Part shown: positions 56,641 to 64,000 of the stretch, in pieces
How positions within the stretch are numbered: position 1 is the stretch's first letter
Layout of the letters: each line of letters begins with the position of its first letter
Source of the DNA: an uncultured Thermoleophilia bacterium
Lineage (GTDB): Bacteria; Actinomycetota; Thermoleophilia; Gaiellales; Gaiellaceae
Direction: 5' to 3'
Assembly (NCBI GenBank): GCA_963762675.1
Contig: CAVXLS010000009.1
Location: 84,756-148,755, forward strand
DNA length: 64,000 nucleotides
The notes under the pieces: model-generated
Databases searched by the model: none
What the model was told of the DNA's origin: nothing
Seen by the model: the letters and a program-made list of their open reading frames with translations, nothing else
Position numbers and translations under genes: made by a program

Positions 56641-57870
56641 TCACGCGACGCCGCAGACCTTCATGGCAACCCGCGCGTAGGTCTCGGCCGTCTTGACGAG
56701 GCCGTCGATCTCGAGGTTCTCGCCCAGCTCGACGTCCATGAGGCCGGTCGAGGTTCCGTAGTTCACGGTCGGGACCCCGTACCGCGTGAGCGCGGACGCG
56801 TCGCTGAACCAGCGCGTCACGTCCCGCTCCGGCGGAGCTCCGAAGACCTCGGCGTGGGCGTCGTCGATCGCACGCACCAGCTCGTGACCGTCTTCGATCT
56901 CGGCGCCGGGCGCCGTCACGTACACCTCGGCCTCGATGCCGTACCCGGGGAAGCGCCCGGCGAGCCCGCGCACCATGTCCAGCACCTCGCGCCGCGCGAC
57001 CGCCATGGGCTTCGTCGGCGGAACGCGCACGTCGAGGAAGACGTCGGTGTGGTGCGGCGTCCGCGAGACACGCCAGCCGAACCCGCCCTCGATCGCGCCG
57101 ACCGAGACGATCGCCCTCGCTCCGCGATACGCGTTCGCCGGGTCTCCTTCCCAGGCCGGGATCCACTCCTGCACGGCCGCCAGTACCTCCTGCATGCGCA
57201 GGATGGAGTTCTCGCTGCGACGGCCCTCGCTGAAGGCGGTGTGGACGAAGTTCCCGTGGGCGCGGATGCGCAGCCAGAGAGCACCGAAGTGACCGAGCAC
57301 CACCTTGCCCTCCGTCGGCTCGCCGAGCAGGCACATGTCGGCGACGCCGCCGTGCGAGACGAGGTAGCGCGTCCCGGCTGCGTAGCCGCGGTACTGCGCC
57401 CCGCGAGCGTCGCCGTGCTGCGTCTTCTCGATCTCGCCGCAGACCGCTGCGACGAGCAGGTCGCCGCGCAGGTGCACGCCCGTGTCGCGCAGCGCGTGCA
57501 CCGCCTCGACGTAGCACGCGAGCGCGCCCTTCATGTTGGAGATCCCCAGTCCGTAGAGGCGGCCGTCCCGCTCGAACGCCTCGGGCTGGAACCCTGGGAC
57601 GTCGCGCAGCCACGGCTCCCGTCCGGAGTACGAGGTGTCCATGTGCCCGTTGAACATGAGCGACCGCCCGCCGCCGGCGCCCTCGAGGATCCCGAGCACG
57701 TTCGGGCGCCCGTCCTCCACCTGTTGCCACTGCACCCGCAGGCCGAGCTCCTCGTAGAGCTCGACCATCAGCTCGCCCATCGCCTGCTCGTCGCCGGTGA
57801 AGCTGTGCACGCCGATCATGCGGCTCGCCGTCTCGACGAGCCGGGTCGGGTCGATCCGGAGCTCCGTCAC
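56641..57870 (-). CDS. M20-family metallohydrolase (ArgE/DapE/acetylornithine deacetylase-like)
   Basis: VTELRIDPTRLVETASRMIGVHSFTGDEQ...MFNGHMDTS...GLGISNMKGA...VCGEIEKT...dimerisation domain...SDAS. The GTG start overlaps the rhodanese stop (GTGA). Confidence 0.85.
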   Translation of the reverse strand: MTELRIDPTRLVETASRMIGVHSFTGDEQAMGELMVELYEELGLRVQWQQVEDGRPNVLGILEGAGGGRSLMFNGHMDTSYSGREPWLRDVPGFQPEAFERDGRLYGLGISNMKGALACYVEAVHALRDTGVHLRGDLLVAAVCGEIEKTQHGDARGAQYRGYAAGTRYLVSHGGVADMCLLGEPTEGKVVLGHFGALWLRIRAHGNFVHTAFSEGRRSENSILRMQEVLAAVQEWIPAWEGDPANAYRGARAIVSVGAIEGGFGWRVSRTPHHTDVFLDVRVPPTKPMAVARREVLDMVRGLAGRFPGYGIEAEVYVTAPGAEIEDGHELVRAIDDAHAEVFGAPPERDVTRWFSDASALTRYGVPTVNYGTSTGLMDVELGENLEIDGLVKTAETYARVAMKVCGVA

Positions 57871-58277
57871 GCGTCCGGCCCCCCCATCCCGGGGAGCCCG
57901 TCGCCCGGAGGCGGCGCCGGCGACACGGGGAGCCCCGCCTCGCGCCAGGCCTCGAACCCGCCCTCGAGGTCTCCCGCCCGCTCGAAGCCGAGGTCGACGA
58001 GAGAGGCCGCCGCGAGGCTGGACGAGTAGCCGTGCTCGCAGACGAGCACGAGCCGCAGGGAGCGGTCGGCGACGTGCGGGTTGGGCCAGGGCGAGTCGGG
58101 GTCGCAGCGCCACTCGAGCACCGATCTCGGCACGTGCACGGACCGGGGGATGATCCCGTCTCGCTCCCGCGCGTCGCGCGGACGGAGGTCGACGAGCAGC
58201 ACGTCCGCGTCAGCCGCCTCCGCCGGCGTGTAGCGGGCGATCCGCGAGCGCGCGCGGGCGAGCACCTGCTCGATCAC
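57867..58277 (-). CDS. Rhodanese-domain sulfurtransferase
   Basis: 136-aa ORF with LLVDLRPRDARERDGIIPRSVHVP and the active-site loop VLVCEHGYSS. Confidence 0.85.
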   Translation of the reverse strand: MIEQVLARARSRIARYTPAEAADADVLLVDLRPRDARERDGIIPRSVHVPRSVLEWRCDPDSPWPNPHVADRSLRLVLVCEHGYSSSLAAASLVDLGFERAGDLEGGFEAWREAGLPVSPAPPPGDGLPGMGGPDA

Positions 58278-58398
58278 GGGCGAATGTGTCGCAGATGCGT
58301 CTGGCTCGGGGTCATGCCCGCATCGACCGGGAGGACGCTACCGACCACTGCCACCGACCGTCCTTCGACACTCGAGCTCCTCTCCATGAACGAATCCG

Positions 58399-59487
58399 CT
58401 AGGAGCGGAAGTGCGGCAGCACTTCCGCGCCGAAGAGGCGGACCTGCTCGTGGCGGTCCGCGCCCCACAGCTCGAGCATGACGTGCGTGCAGCCGGCGTC
58501 GCGGTACTCCTCGATCGCGGCGATGCAGTCGCCGGGCGTACCGGCGATCGGGCGGCACTTGTCGAGGAGCTCGTCCGAGACCTGCGCCTTCGCGGCGAGC
58601 CGCCCGCCGCGCTCCATCGCCTCCGCGACCGGCCGAATCTCGTCCTGGGAGATCCCGGCCAGCTCGAGCAGAGTGTCCGCCGAGCCCTGGATGTTCTGCA
58701 CCTTGTTCGCGAGATACATGCCCGCGATCTCGCGCGCGCCGTCACGGCCGGCGTCGCGGTCGGTCGGATGGATCGACGCGACAACGGTGCAGCCGATGTC
58801 GACGTCGGCCGCCCCCCTGGTTTCCCGCCCGGGCGTCGGCGGCTTCGCCGCCGACGCTCCCAGCCGCACGTTCTCGCGCGTGTAGCGGACGAACGCGGGG
58901 GTCGTGATCGACGGGGTCAGGCAGCCGTCGCCGATCTCGCCCGCGAGCGCCTGCATCTTCGGCGCGGTCGCGGCGACGTAGACGGGCGGCACCTCGCGCG
59001 GCGAGTGCGCCTCCGGAGCGAGCGCCGGCACCGACGCGCTCCAGGTCTCGCCCTCGTACTCGAACGCGTCACCGCCCAGTACGCCGCGCACGATCGCGAC
59101 CGCGTCACGCATCGGCCCCAGCGTCTTCGACGTCTGCATCCGCGCGTTGCGGAGGAAGATCTTCGAGGTGCCGAAACCGAGGAGGAACCGCCCCGGTCCG
59201 GCCGCCTCCTGCACGACACGGGCGTCCATCGCCACCTGCACGGGATGCCGCGTGAACGGGGAGATGATCCCCCAGCCGATCGTGAGCCGCTCCGTCTCCC
59301 GCGCCATCAGCGCCGAGACCACCGTCGACGAGCGCGCCTCCATCCCGTGCTTGCGCCACCACGGGTAGGCCTCGGCCAGCCAGATCGTGTCCATGCCCGC
59401 CGCGTCCATGACGCGCGCCGACGCGAGCATCTCGTCGAGCGGCTCCATCGTCAACTGCATGACGCCGATGCGGAACCGGGGCGCCAT
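58399..59487 (-). CDS. Luciferase-like monooxygenase (LLM) class flavin/F420-dependent oxidoreductase
   Basis: MAPRFRIGVMQLT...MDTIWLAEAYPWW...TIGWGIISPFTRHP...FLLGFGTS...VYVAATAPKM...GTPGDCIAAIEEYRDAGCTHVML. The ATG lies 2 nt after the CoxG stop. Confidence 0.85.
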   Translation of the reverse strand: MAPRFRIGVMQLTMEPLDEMLASARVMDAAGMDTIWLAEAYPWWRKHGMEARSSTVVSALMARETERLTIGWGIISPFTRHPVQVAMDARVVQEAAGPGRFLLGFGTSKIFLRNARMQTSKTLGPMRDAVAIVRGVLGGDAFEYEGETWSASVPALAPEAHSPREVPPVYVAATAPKMQALAGEIGDGCLTPSITTPAFVRYTRENVRLGASAAKPPTPGRETRGAADVDIGCTVVASIHPTDRDAGRDGAREIAGMYLANKVQNIQGSADTLLELAGISQDEIRPVAEAMERGGRLAAKAQVSDELLDKCRPIAGTPGDCIAAIEEYRDAGCTHVMLELWGADRHEQVRLFGAEVLPHFRS

Positions 59488-59489
59488 CG

Positions 59490-59951
59490 TCAGTCGGAGC
59501 TGCTTCCGAGCGCCTCCTGCACCTGCGCCTCGAGGGCGGAGAGCACGTGCTCGACCTGCTGGTTCACGATCGGCTGCAGCACGCGCTGGCCCATCGAGCC
59601 GACCGGCCCGGCGATGCGGACGTCCGCCTCCCAGTTCATCGTCGTGCCTCCGTCCGGCGCGTCGGCGAGACGGAACGAGGTCTGCATGCTCATCATCGCG
59701 CCGACTCCGGTGCCCTTCGCAGAGAGCCGGGCGAACTCGGCCTCGCGCTCCTCGACCTTCTCCATGTCGACCTTCATCTTCAGGCCGCCCAGCCCCAGCG
59801 GGATCTTCACGTTCGCCGTCCACCGGCGCTCGTCGTGGATGTCGAAGCTCTCGACGCCGGGCATCGTCTTCGCCATCGACGCGGGGTCGTTGAGAACGCT
59901 CCAGACGACGTCGCGCGGCCCCGCGAACACCCGCTCTCCGGAGACGTTCAC
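59490..59951 (-). CDS. coxG: CoxG-like SRPBCC-fold protein (carbon monoxide dehydrogenase subunit G family)
   Basis: VNVSGERVFAGPRDVVWSVLNDPASMAKTMPGVESF...GGLKMKVDMEKVE...ADVRIAGPVGSMGQRVL. The GTG overlaps the large-subunit stop (GTGA). Confidence 0.8.
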   Translation of the reverse strand: MNVSGERVFAGPRDVVWSVLNDPASMAKTMPGVESFDIHDERRWTANVKIPLGLGGLKMKVDMEKVEEREAEFARLSAKGTGVGAMMSMQTSFRLADAPDGGTTMNWEADVRIAGPVGSMGQRVLQPIVNQQVEHVLSALEAQVQEALGSSSD

Positions 59952-62422
59952 GCGCTCACCACCTCCACGAGCGCCCTGCTGCGCTCGGGCTCGCGGAGCA
60001 TCTCCCAGACGCGCCGGTAGGGGTTGCAGGAGTCCCAGACGATCGCGTCGCCGTGCCCGCGCAGCGCGTCCTGCACCGCCGCGCAGACGGCGTGGATGCC
60101 GGCGCCGCCGCCCTCGCCCATGCCCTTGGTGCCGAGCGGGGTGAACGGCGACGGACTCTCGATCGCGCCGGTCGCGAGCGGCGGCATGTCGAGCGCGTGC
60201 GGCACGTGGTAGTCGTAGAAGTTGGGAGTGAGCAGGTTGCCCTCCTCGTCGTATTCGTAGATCTCGTGCATCGCGGCGCCGATCGCCTGTGCGGTCGCGC
60301 CCATCACCTGGCCCTCCACGATCTGCGGGTTGATCCGCTTGCCGCAGTCGTCGACGGCGGCGTAGTCGACGATCTCGTAGACGCCCGTCTCCGGGTCGAC
60401 CTCGATCACGGCCGCGTGGATCTGGGCCGCGTAGGTGAGCGTGAGATTGCCGAACTTCCGCTCGACGTCCGGCACCTCGAACGGCGGCCGGTAGACGTAG
60501 CGGCAGTTGAGCGTCACATCGAGATCGTCCGGGAGCCCTGCGTTGTTCGCGTTGATGATCGCGCCGCAGGCCATGAACGGGAGCGCCGCCTCGGGGTTGT
60601 CCTTGATCCGGACGCTGCCCTCCGCAAGCTCGAGCGCCTCCTCCGGCACCCCGCCGAGGATCACCGACCCGAGCTTGCGGATCTCCGCCGCCAGCATGTC
60701 GGTCGCGCCCTTGACGGCTCCCAGGCCGGTGACCGCGAACTGGCTCGCGTACGTGCCCGAGAAGCCGGCGTGCGAGTTCCAGTAGCTGTCGTGGCCGGCC
60801 CGGACGTGGACGTCGTCGACGGAGCAGCCGAGGATGTCGGCGACGACCTGCGCGGCGGTCGTCTCGTGCCCCTGCCCCTGCGGTGTCGTTCCGAGCGTGA
60901 CGACGATCTCGCCGAAGATGTCGAGCTTGACCGTAGCGACCTCGTTGTTGCCGGAGAACTGCAGCTCCGGGTTGATCATGCGCGACTGGCCGAAGTTGTT
61001 CGTGCCCGAGTCGAGCGTCGAGCCGATGCCGAAGCCGAGCAGCCGTCCGCGAGCGGCCGCCTCGGCGCGCCGCTCCTCGATCCGGTCGTAGCCGATCAGG
61101 CCGAGCGCGACGTCGAGCATCGCGGCGTAGTCGCCGGAGTCGTAGACGCAGCCGTTCGGCGTCTCGTACGGCATCTCGTCGGCCCGAACGTAGTTCCGCT
61201 TGCGCACCTCGACCGGATCGAGCCCGAGCTCGTGCGCGACGATGTCGATCACCCGCTCGGTGAACCAGAGGTGCTGCATGCGCGAGTAGCCCCGGTTCGG
61301 GGAGACGGGCGCCTTGTTCGTCGCCACCTGCGTGAACTCGAGCCGGATGTTGCGCCAGCGGTACATGCCGGGCGTCACCTGCGCCCAGATCACGCCGCCG
61401 AGCGGCTCGTACCGGAGCCACGCGCCGGCGTCGTCGAGTGCCTTCGTCCGGAACCCGAGCAGCGTCCCGTCGGCCGCCACCGCGACCTCGGTCTCGTGGA
61501 ACCAGCGCTCGTTCCCGTGCGACATCGAGAGGTGGAAGTCGGTGCGCCACTCCGTCCACTGCACGGGGCGCCTGAGCTTGCGCGAGAGCAAGCAGCAGGC
61601 GACGAGCTGCGGGTGCGAGGTGATCTTGTTGCCGAAGCCGCCGCCGATGTCCTGGGTGACGAAGCGCAGCTTGTCGAGGCCGCAGCGCATCGCCGGCCCC
61701 ATCATGATCGCGGCGAAGCCGGGGAACTGGTTGTTCGTGTGGATCGTCCACTGCCCGGTGCCGCGGTTGTACTCGACGAGCGCGCCGTCGCACTCGAGGG
61801 GCGTCGAGTTGAAGCGGTGGAAGTGGAGCTCGTCGATCTTGACGATCTTGTCGGCCTCGGCGAAGGCGGCGTCGACGTCGCCCCACTCGTAGAGGCCGGT
61901 CCACATCAGGTTCGAGGCGGCGTCCTCGTGCAGGATCGGCGCGTCGTCGTCCTGGGCTCGCCGCGCGTCGACGAGGGCCGGCAGCGGCTCGTAGTCGACC
62001 TCGACGAGCTCCGAGGCATCGCGCGCGAGCTCCCGCGTCTCGGCGACGACCGCGACGACCGGCTCGCCGACGTAGCGCACCTTCCCGACCGCCAGCGCGT
62101 AGTCCTTGAGGTGCGCCCCGGGCGGCGTCGAGAGCTGGAAGAAGGGATCGGTGAGGGAGGCAACCTCCTCGCCCGTCAGCGTGCCGTAGACGCCGTCGAT
62201 CGCCTCCGCCTGCGAGACGTCGACGCGCGTGATGTGCGCGTGCGCGTACGGCGAGCGGACGAAGTGGAGGTAGCCCATCCCGTGCCGCTTGACATCGTCG
62301 ACGAAGACACCCTCGCCCTCGACGAGCCGCCTGTCCTCCTTGCGGGGGATGCTCTGGCCGGCCCAGCCCTTCTGCGGAGCGTCGACCCGCTCGGGGGCGA
62401 CCGTGGTGCTGCTCGCACTCAT
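59948..62422 (-). CDS. coxL: Molybdopterin-binding large subunit of an aerobic CO-dehydrogenase/xanthine-dehydrogenase-family enzyme (CoxL-like, atypical active-site loop)
   Basis: 824-aa product with GQSIPRKEDRRLVEGEGVFVDD, QDIGGGFGNK and TKGMGEGG. The loop that is AYRCSFR (form I) or AYRGAGR (form II) reads PNRGYSR here. Confidence 0.88.
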   Translation of the reverse strand: MSASSTTVAPERVDAPQKGWAGQSIPRKEDRRLVEGEGVFVDDVKRHGMGYLHFVRSPYAHAHITRVDVSQAEAIDGVYGTLTGEEVASLTDPFFQLSTPPGAHLKDYALAVGKVRYVGEPVVAVVAETRELARDASELVEVDYEPLPALVDARRAQDDDAPILHEDAASNLMWTGLYEWGDVDAAFAEADKIVKIDELHFHRFNSTPLECDGALVEYNRGTGQWTIHTNNQFPGFAAIMMGPAMRCGLDKLRFVTQDIGGGFGNKITSHPQLVACCLLSRKLRRPVQWTEWRTDFHLSMSHGNERWFHETEVAVAADGTLLGFRTKALDDAGAWLRYEPLGGVIWAQVTPGMYRWRNIRLEFTQVATNKAPVSPNRGYSRMQHLWFTERVIDIVAHELGLDPVEVRKRNYVRADEMPYETPNGCVYDSGDYAAMLDVALGLIGYDRIEERRAEAAARGRLLGFGIGSTLDSGTNNFGQSRMINPELQFSGNNEVATVKLDIFGEIVVTLGTTPQGQGHETTAAQVVADILGCSVDDVHVRAGHDSYWNSHAGFSGTYASQFAVTGLGAVKGATDMLAAEIRKLGSVILGGVPEEALELAEGSVRIKDNPEAALPFMACGAIINANNAGLPDDLDVTLNCRYVYRPPFEVPDVERKFGNLTLTYAAQIHAAVIEVDPETGVYEIVDYAAVDDCGKRINPQIVEGQVMGATAQAIGAAMHEIYEYDEEGNLLTPNFYDYHVPHALDMPPLATGAIESPSPFTPLGTKGMGEGGGAGIHAVCAAVQDALRGHGDAIVWDSCNPYRRVWEMLREPERSRALVEVVSA

Positions 62423-62895
62423 GCGCCGGCCGCCGCCTTGACCGCCTCGAAGATGTTCCAGTAGCCGGTGCAGCGGCAGATGTTCCCCTGCAGCGCCTTG
62501 CGGATCTCCGCCTCCGAAGGGCTCGGGTTGGCGCGCAGCAGGGCGGTCGCGCTCATCAGCATCCCCGGCGTGCAATAGCCGCACTGGAGCGCGTGGTGGT
62601 CCGAGAACGCCTGCTGGAGCGGCGTCAGCTCGCCGCCCTCGGCCAGCCCCTCGACGGTCTCGATCGTCGCCCCGTCGGTCTGGACGGCGAGCATCATGCA
62701 GCTCTTCACGAGGGTGCCGTCGACGATCACCGAGCAGGCGCCGCAGTTGCCCGTGTCGCAGCCGACGTGGCTGCCGGTGAGATCGAGGTCGTCCCGCAGG
62801 AAGTGGATCAGGAGCTTCCGCGCCTCGACCTCGCGCTCGTAGGTCGTGCCGTTGATCGTGACCGCGATCGCCTTGGAGGAGGTCGTCTCCGCCAT
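62419..62895 (-). CDS. coxS: [2Fe-2S]-binding small subunit (CoxS-like)
   Basis: GCDTGNCGACSV and CGYCTPGM...CRCTGY are the two ferredoxin-type cluster motifs. The stop overlaps the coxL ATG (ATGA). Confidence 0.93.
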   Translation of the reverse strand: MAETTSSKAIAVTINGTTYEREVEARKLLIHFLRDDLDLTGSHVGCDTGNCGACSVIVDGTLVKSCMMLAVQTDGATIETVEGLAEGGELTPLQQAFSDHHALQCGYCTPGMLMSATALLRANPSPSEAEIRKALQGNICRCTGYWNIFEAVKAAAGA

Positions 62896-63704
62896 CAGCG
62901 TGCTCCCCGCTCGACGGCCTCGGCGGCGGCCCGCACCGCAAGCACCTCGGCCAGATGGCTCCGGTAGTCACTCGACGCGTGCACGTCCGAGGGAGGGTCG
63001 AGAGCCGCGGCGCGAACGGCTCGGCGCACGGCTTCCGCATCCCCGGACTCCGGCTCCAGGAGGACGGGAACCGCGTCGACGCAGCCGAGCGCGATCCGCA
63101 CGGACCCGTTCACGCTCGCCGCCGCGTTGGCGATGCACGTCCCGTCCACGCCGAGCGTGACGGCCGCGAACGCGTCGCCCTTCCCCGCCGGAATCGAGAT
63201 CCGCGTCAGGAGCTCCCCGAGCCCGACCGCGGTCATGTACACCCCGAGGAAGAACTCCTCCGCCGGCACGATCCGCTCTCCGGACACGCCGACGATCGTC
63301 ATCTGCGCGCCGACCGCGGCCATCAGCGGCGGCAGGTGGTTCGTCGGATCGTTCGAGCAGAGGTTGCCGCCGATCGTGCCGCGATTGCGCACCTGCACGT
63401 CCGCGATCTGGCTGCAGACCTCGCCGAGGATCGGACGCGCCTTCGCCTCGGCGGACGCGACGATCTCGCTGTAGGTCGCCATCGCGCCGATCGTGAGCGT
63501 GCCGTCGGCTGCGAGCTCGATCCCCTTCAGCTCCGCGATCCCGTTCAGATCGACGAGTGCGTCCGGCGACGCCGCGCGCGCCTTCATCACGTTGATCAGC
63601 GTCTGCCCTCCGGCAAGGGCGCGGGCCCCGTCGTTCGCAGCGAGGAGCTCGAGCGCCTCGACGACCGAGGCAGGCTTCGCGTACTCGACCTCACGCAGGA
63701 GCAC
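62895..63704 (-). CDS. coxM: FAD-binding medium subunit (CoxM-like)
   Basis: LAGGQTLINVMK...RNRGTIGGNLC...ASSDYRSHLA are CO dehydrogenase flavoprotein motifs. The GTG start has GGGAGG 5-6 nt upstream. Confidence 0.9.
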   Translation of the reverse strand: MLLREVEYAKPASVVEALELLAANDGARALAGGQTLINVMKARAASPDALVDLNGIAELKGIELAADGTLTIGAMATYSEIVASAEAKARPILGEVCSQIADVQVRNRGTIGGNLCSNDPTNHLPPLMAAVGAQMTIVGVSGERIVPAEEFFLGVYMTAVGLGELLTRISIPAGKGDAFAAVTLGVDGTCIANAAASVNGSVRIALGCVDAVPVLLEPESGDAEAVRRAVRAAALDPPSDVHASSDYRSHLAEVLAVRAAAEAVERGAR

Positions 63705-63843
63705 GTTTCCCTCCCGGCGCCGGCTAAGCCGGCACCTCCGCGCTGCGCCCGCTCCGACGCCGGCCGAGCCGGCACCTCCGCTCCCAGCGGGCTCCGTCGA
63801 GCCTACGCCCGCGCCGTGCTCCGTCCAGCCTACGCACGGTGCG

Positions 63844-63890
63844 ATCCTACGTACCCGGCGACCGGCTTTGCAAGCGGGATTTTATTTTTT
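63844..63890 (-). promoter_or_regulatory. Candidate sigma-70-type promoter with an AT-rich UP-like element for the coxMSLG operon
   Basis: The minus strand reads AAAAAATAAAAT (63890-63879), TTGCAA (63873-63868), an 18-nt spacer and TAGGAT (63849-63844). This is the only AT-rich patch in the window, about 140 nt upstream of the coxM GTG. Confidence 0.4.
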
Positions 63891-64000
63891 GCCAGATCGT
63901 GCCGGAGTCACCGCCACGCCGGCACCCCCGGGAGAGCAGCCGTGCGCCGCACGGCGCCGACGCGAGACGTCACGTCTCGGCGTGGATGCGCTCGCGAGAG

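Noticed and set aside
63879-63890. The T-tract (attttatttttt) as a rho-independent terminator.
   Set aside because: No plus-strand gene ends upstream of it, and no stable GC hairpin directly precedes it. On the minus strand it is an A-tract. Its position upstream of a TTGCAA-N18-TAGGAT pair fits a UP-like promoter element better.
63908-64000. A possible 3' end of another minus-strand gene at the right edge of the window.
   Set aside because: Two different frames reach stops (at 63908 and 63970). At most about 30 codons are visible and they have no recognisable motif, so a gene cannot be supported.

Overview
Very GC-rich window (about 70% or more by eye, not computed) with actinobacterial-type gene organisation. 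It is densely packed with about 57 protein-coding genes, many joined by 4-nt GTGA/ATGA start-stop overlaps. I found no rRNA, tRNA, CRISPR array, transposase or integrase.

Gene content, left to right:
1. A 10-gene minus-strand catabolic operon (1-10293): creatininase-family, Zn-ADH, acyl-CoA dehydrogenase, alpha/beta-hydrolase, embedded GntR, HIBADH-like, E1alpha, E1beta, M24, E2.
2. A divergent ThDP enzyme.
3. A Liv-type ABC importer.
4. An NhaA-DsbA fusion and citrate synthase.
5. A radical SAM/SPASM gene.
6. A LacI-controlled beta-glycan locus: GH5-like hydrolase, Opp/Dpp-type ABC transporter, GH1 beta-glucosidase, mutarotase and two convergent GH94 phosphorylases.
7. An aldo/keto reductase and a class V aminotransferase with overlapping divergent starts.
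8. A 12-gene minus-strand operon (40451-50918): TIM-barrel isomerase, second Liv-type importer, two PanE-like reductases, M24, TDO-family protein, IlvA-like PLP enzyme, small membrane protein.
9. A second GntR, a CrtI-like oxidoreductase, a third M24 and gmd.
10. A coxMSLG-type molybdoenzyme operon, followed on the same strand by LLM oxidoreductase, rhodanese, M20 and Bcp genes.

The signal that the genes do not explain is a repeat family. Its unit is about 38 bp: an 11-bp-stem hairpin (GTGGGGGAACC..GGTTCCCCCAC) plus a C-rich CCCCCTCC tail. The unit occurs alone immediately after stop codons, and it forms the ends of a 454-bp nested-palindrome (MITE-like) element at 20268-20721. A truncated second copy lies at 51681-51980.

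Caveat: I found 15 frame breaks in 13 otherwise well-conserved genes, and every one behaves as a single extra nucleotide. This looks like an insertion-biased assembly artefact rather than real gene decay. All gene calls rest on hand translation and recognised family motifs; no database search was possible.
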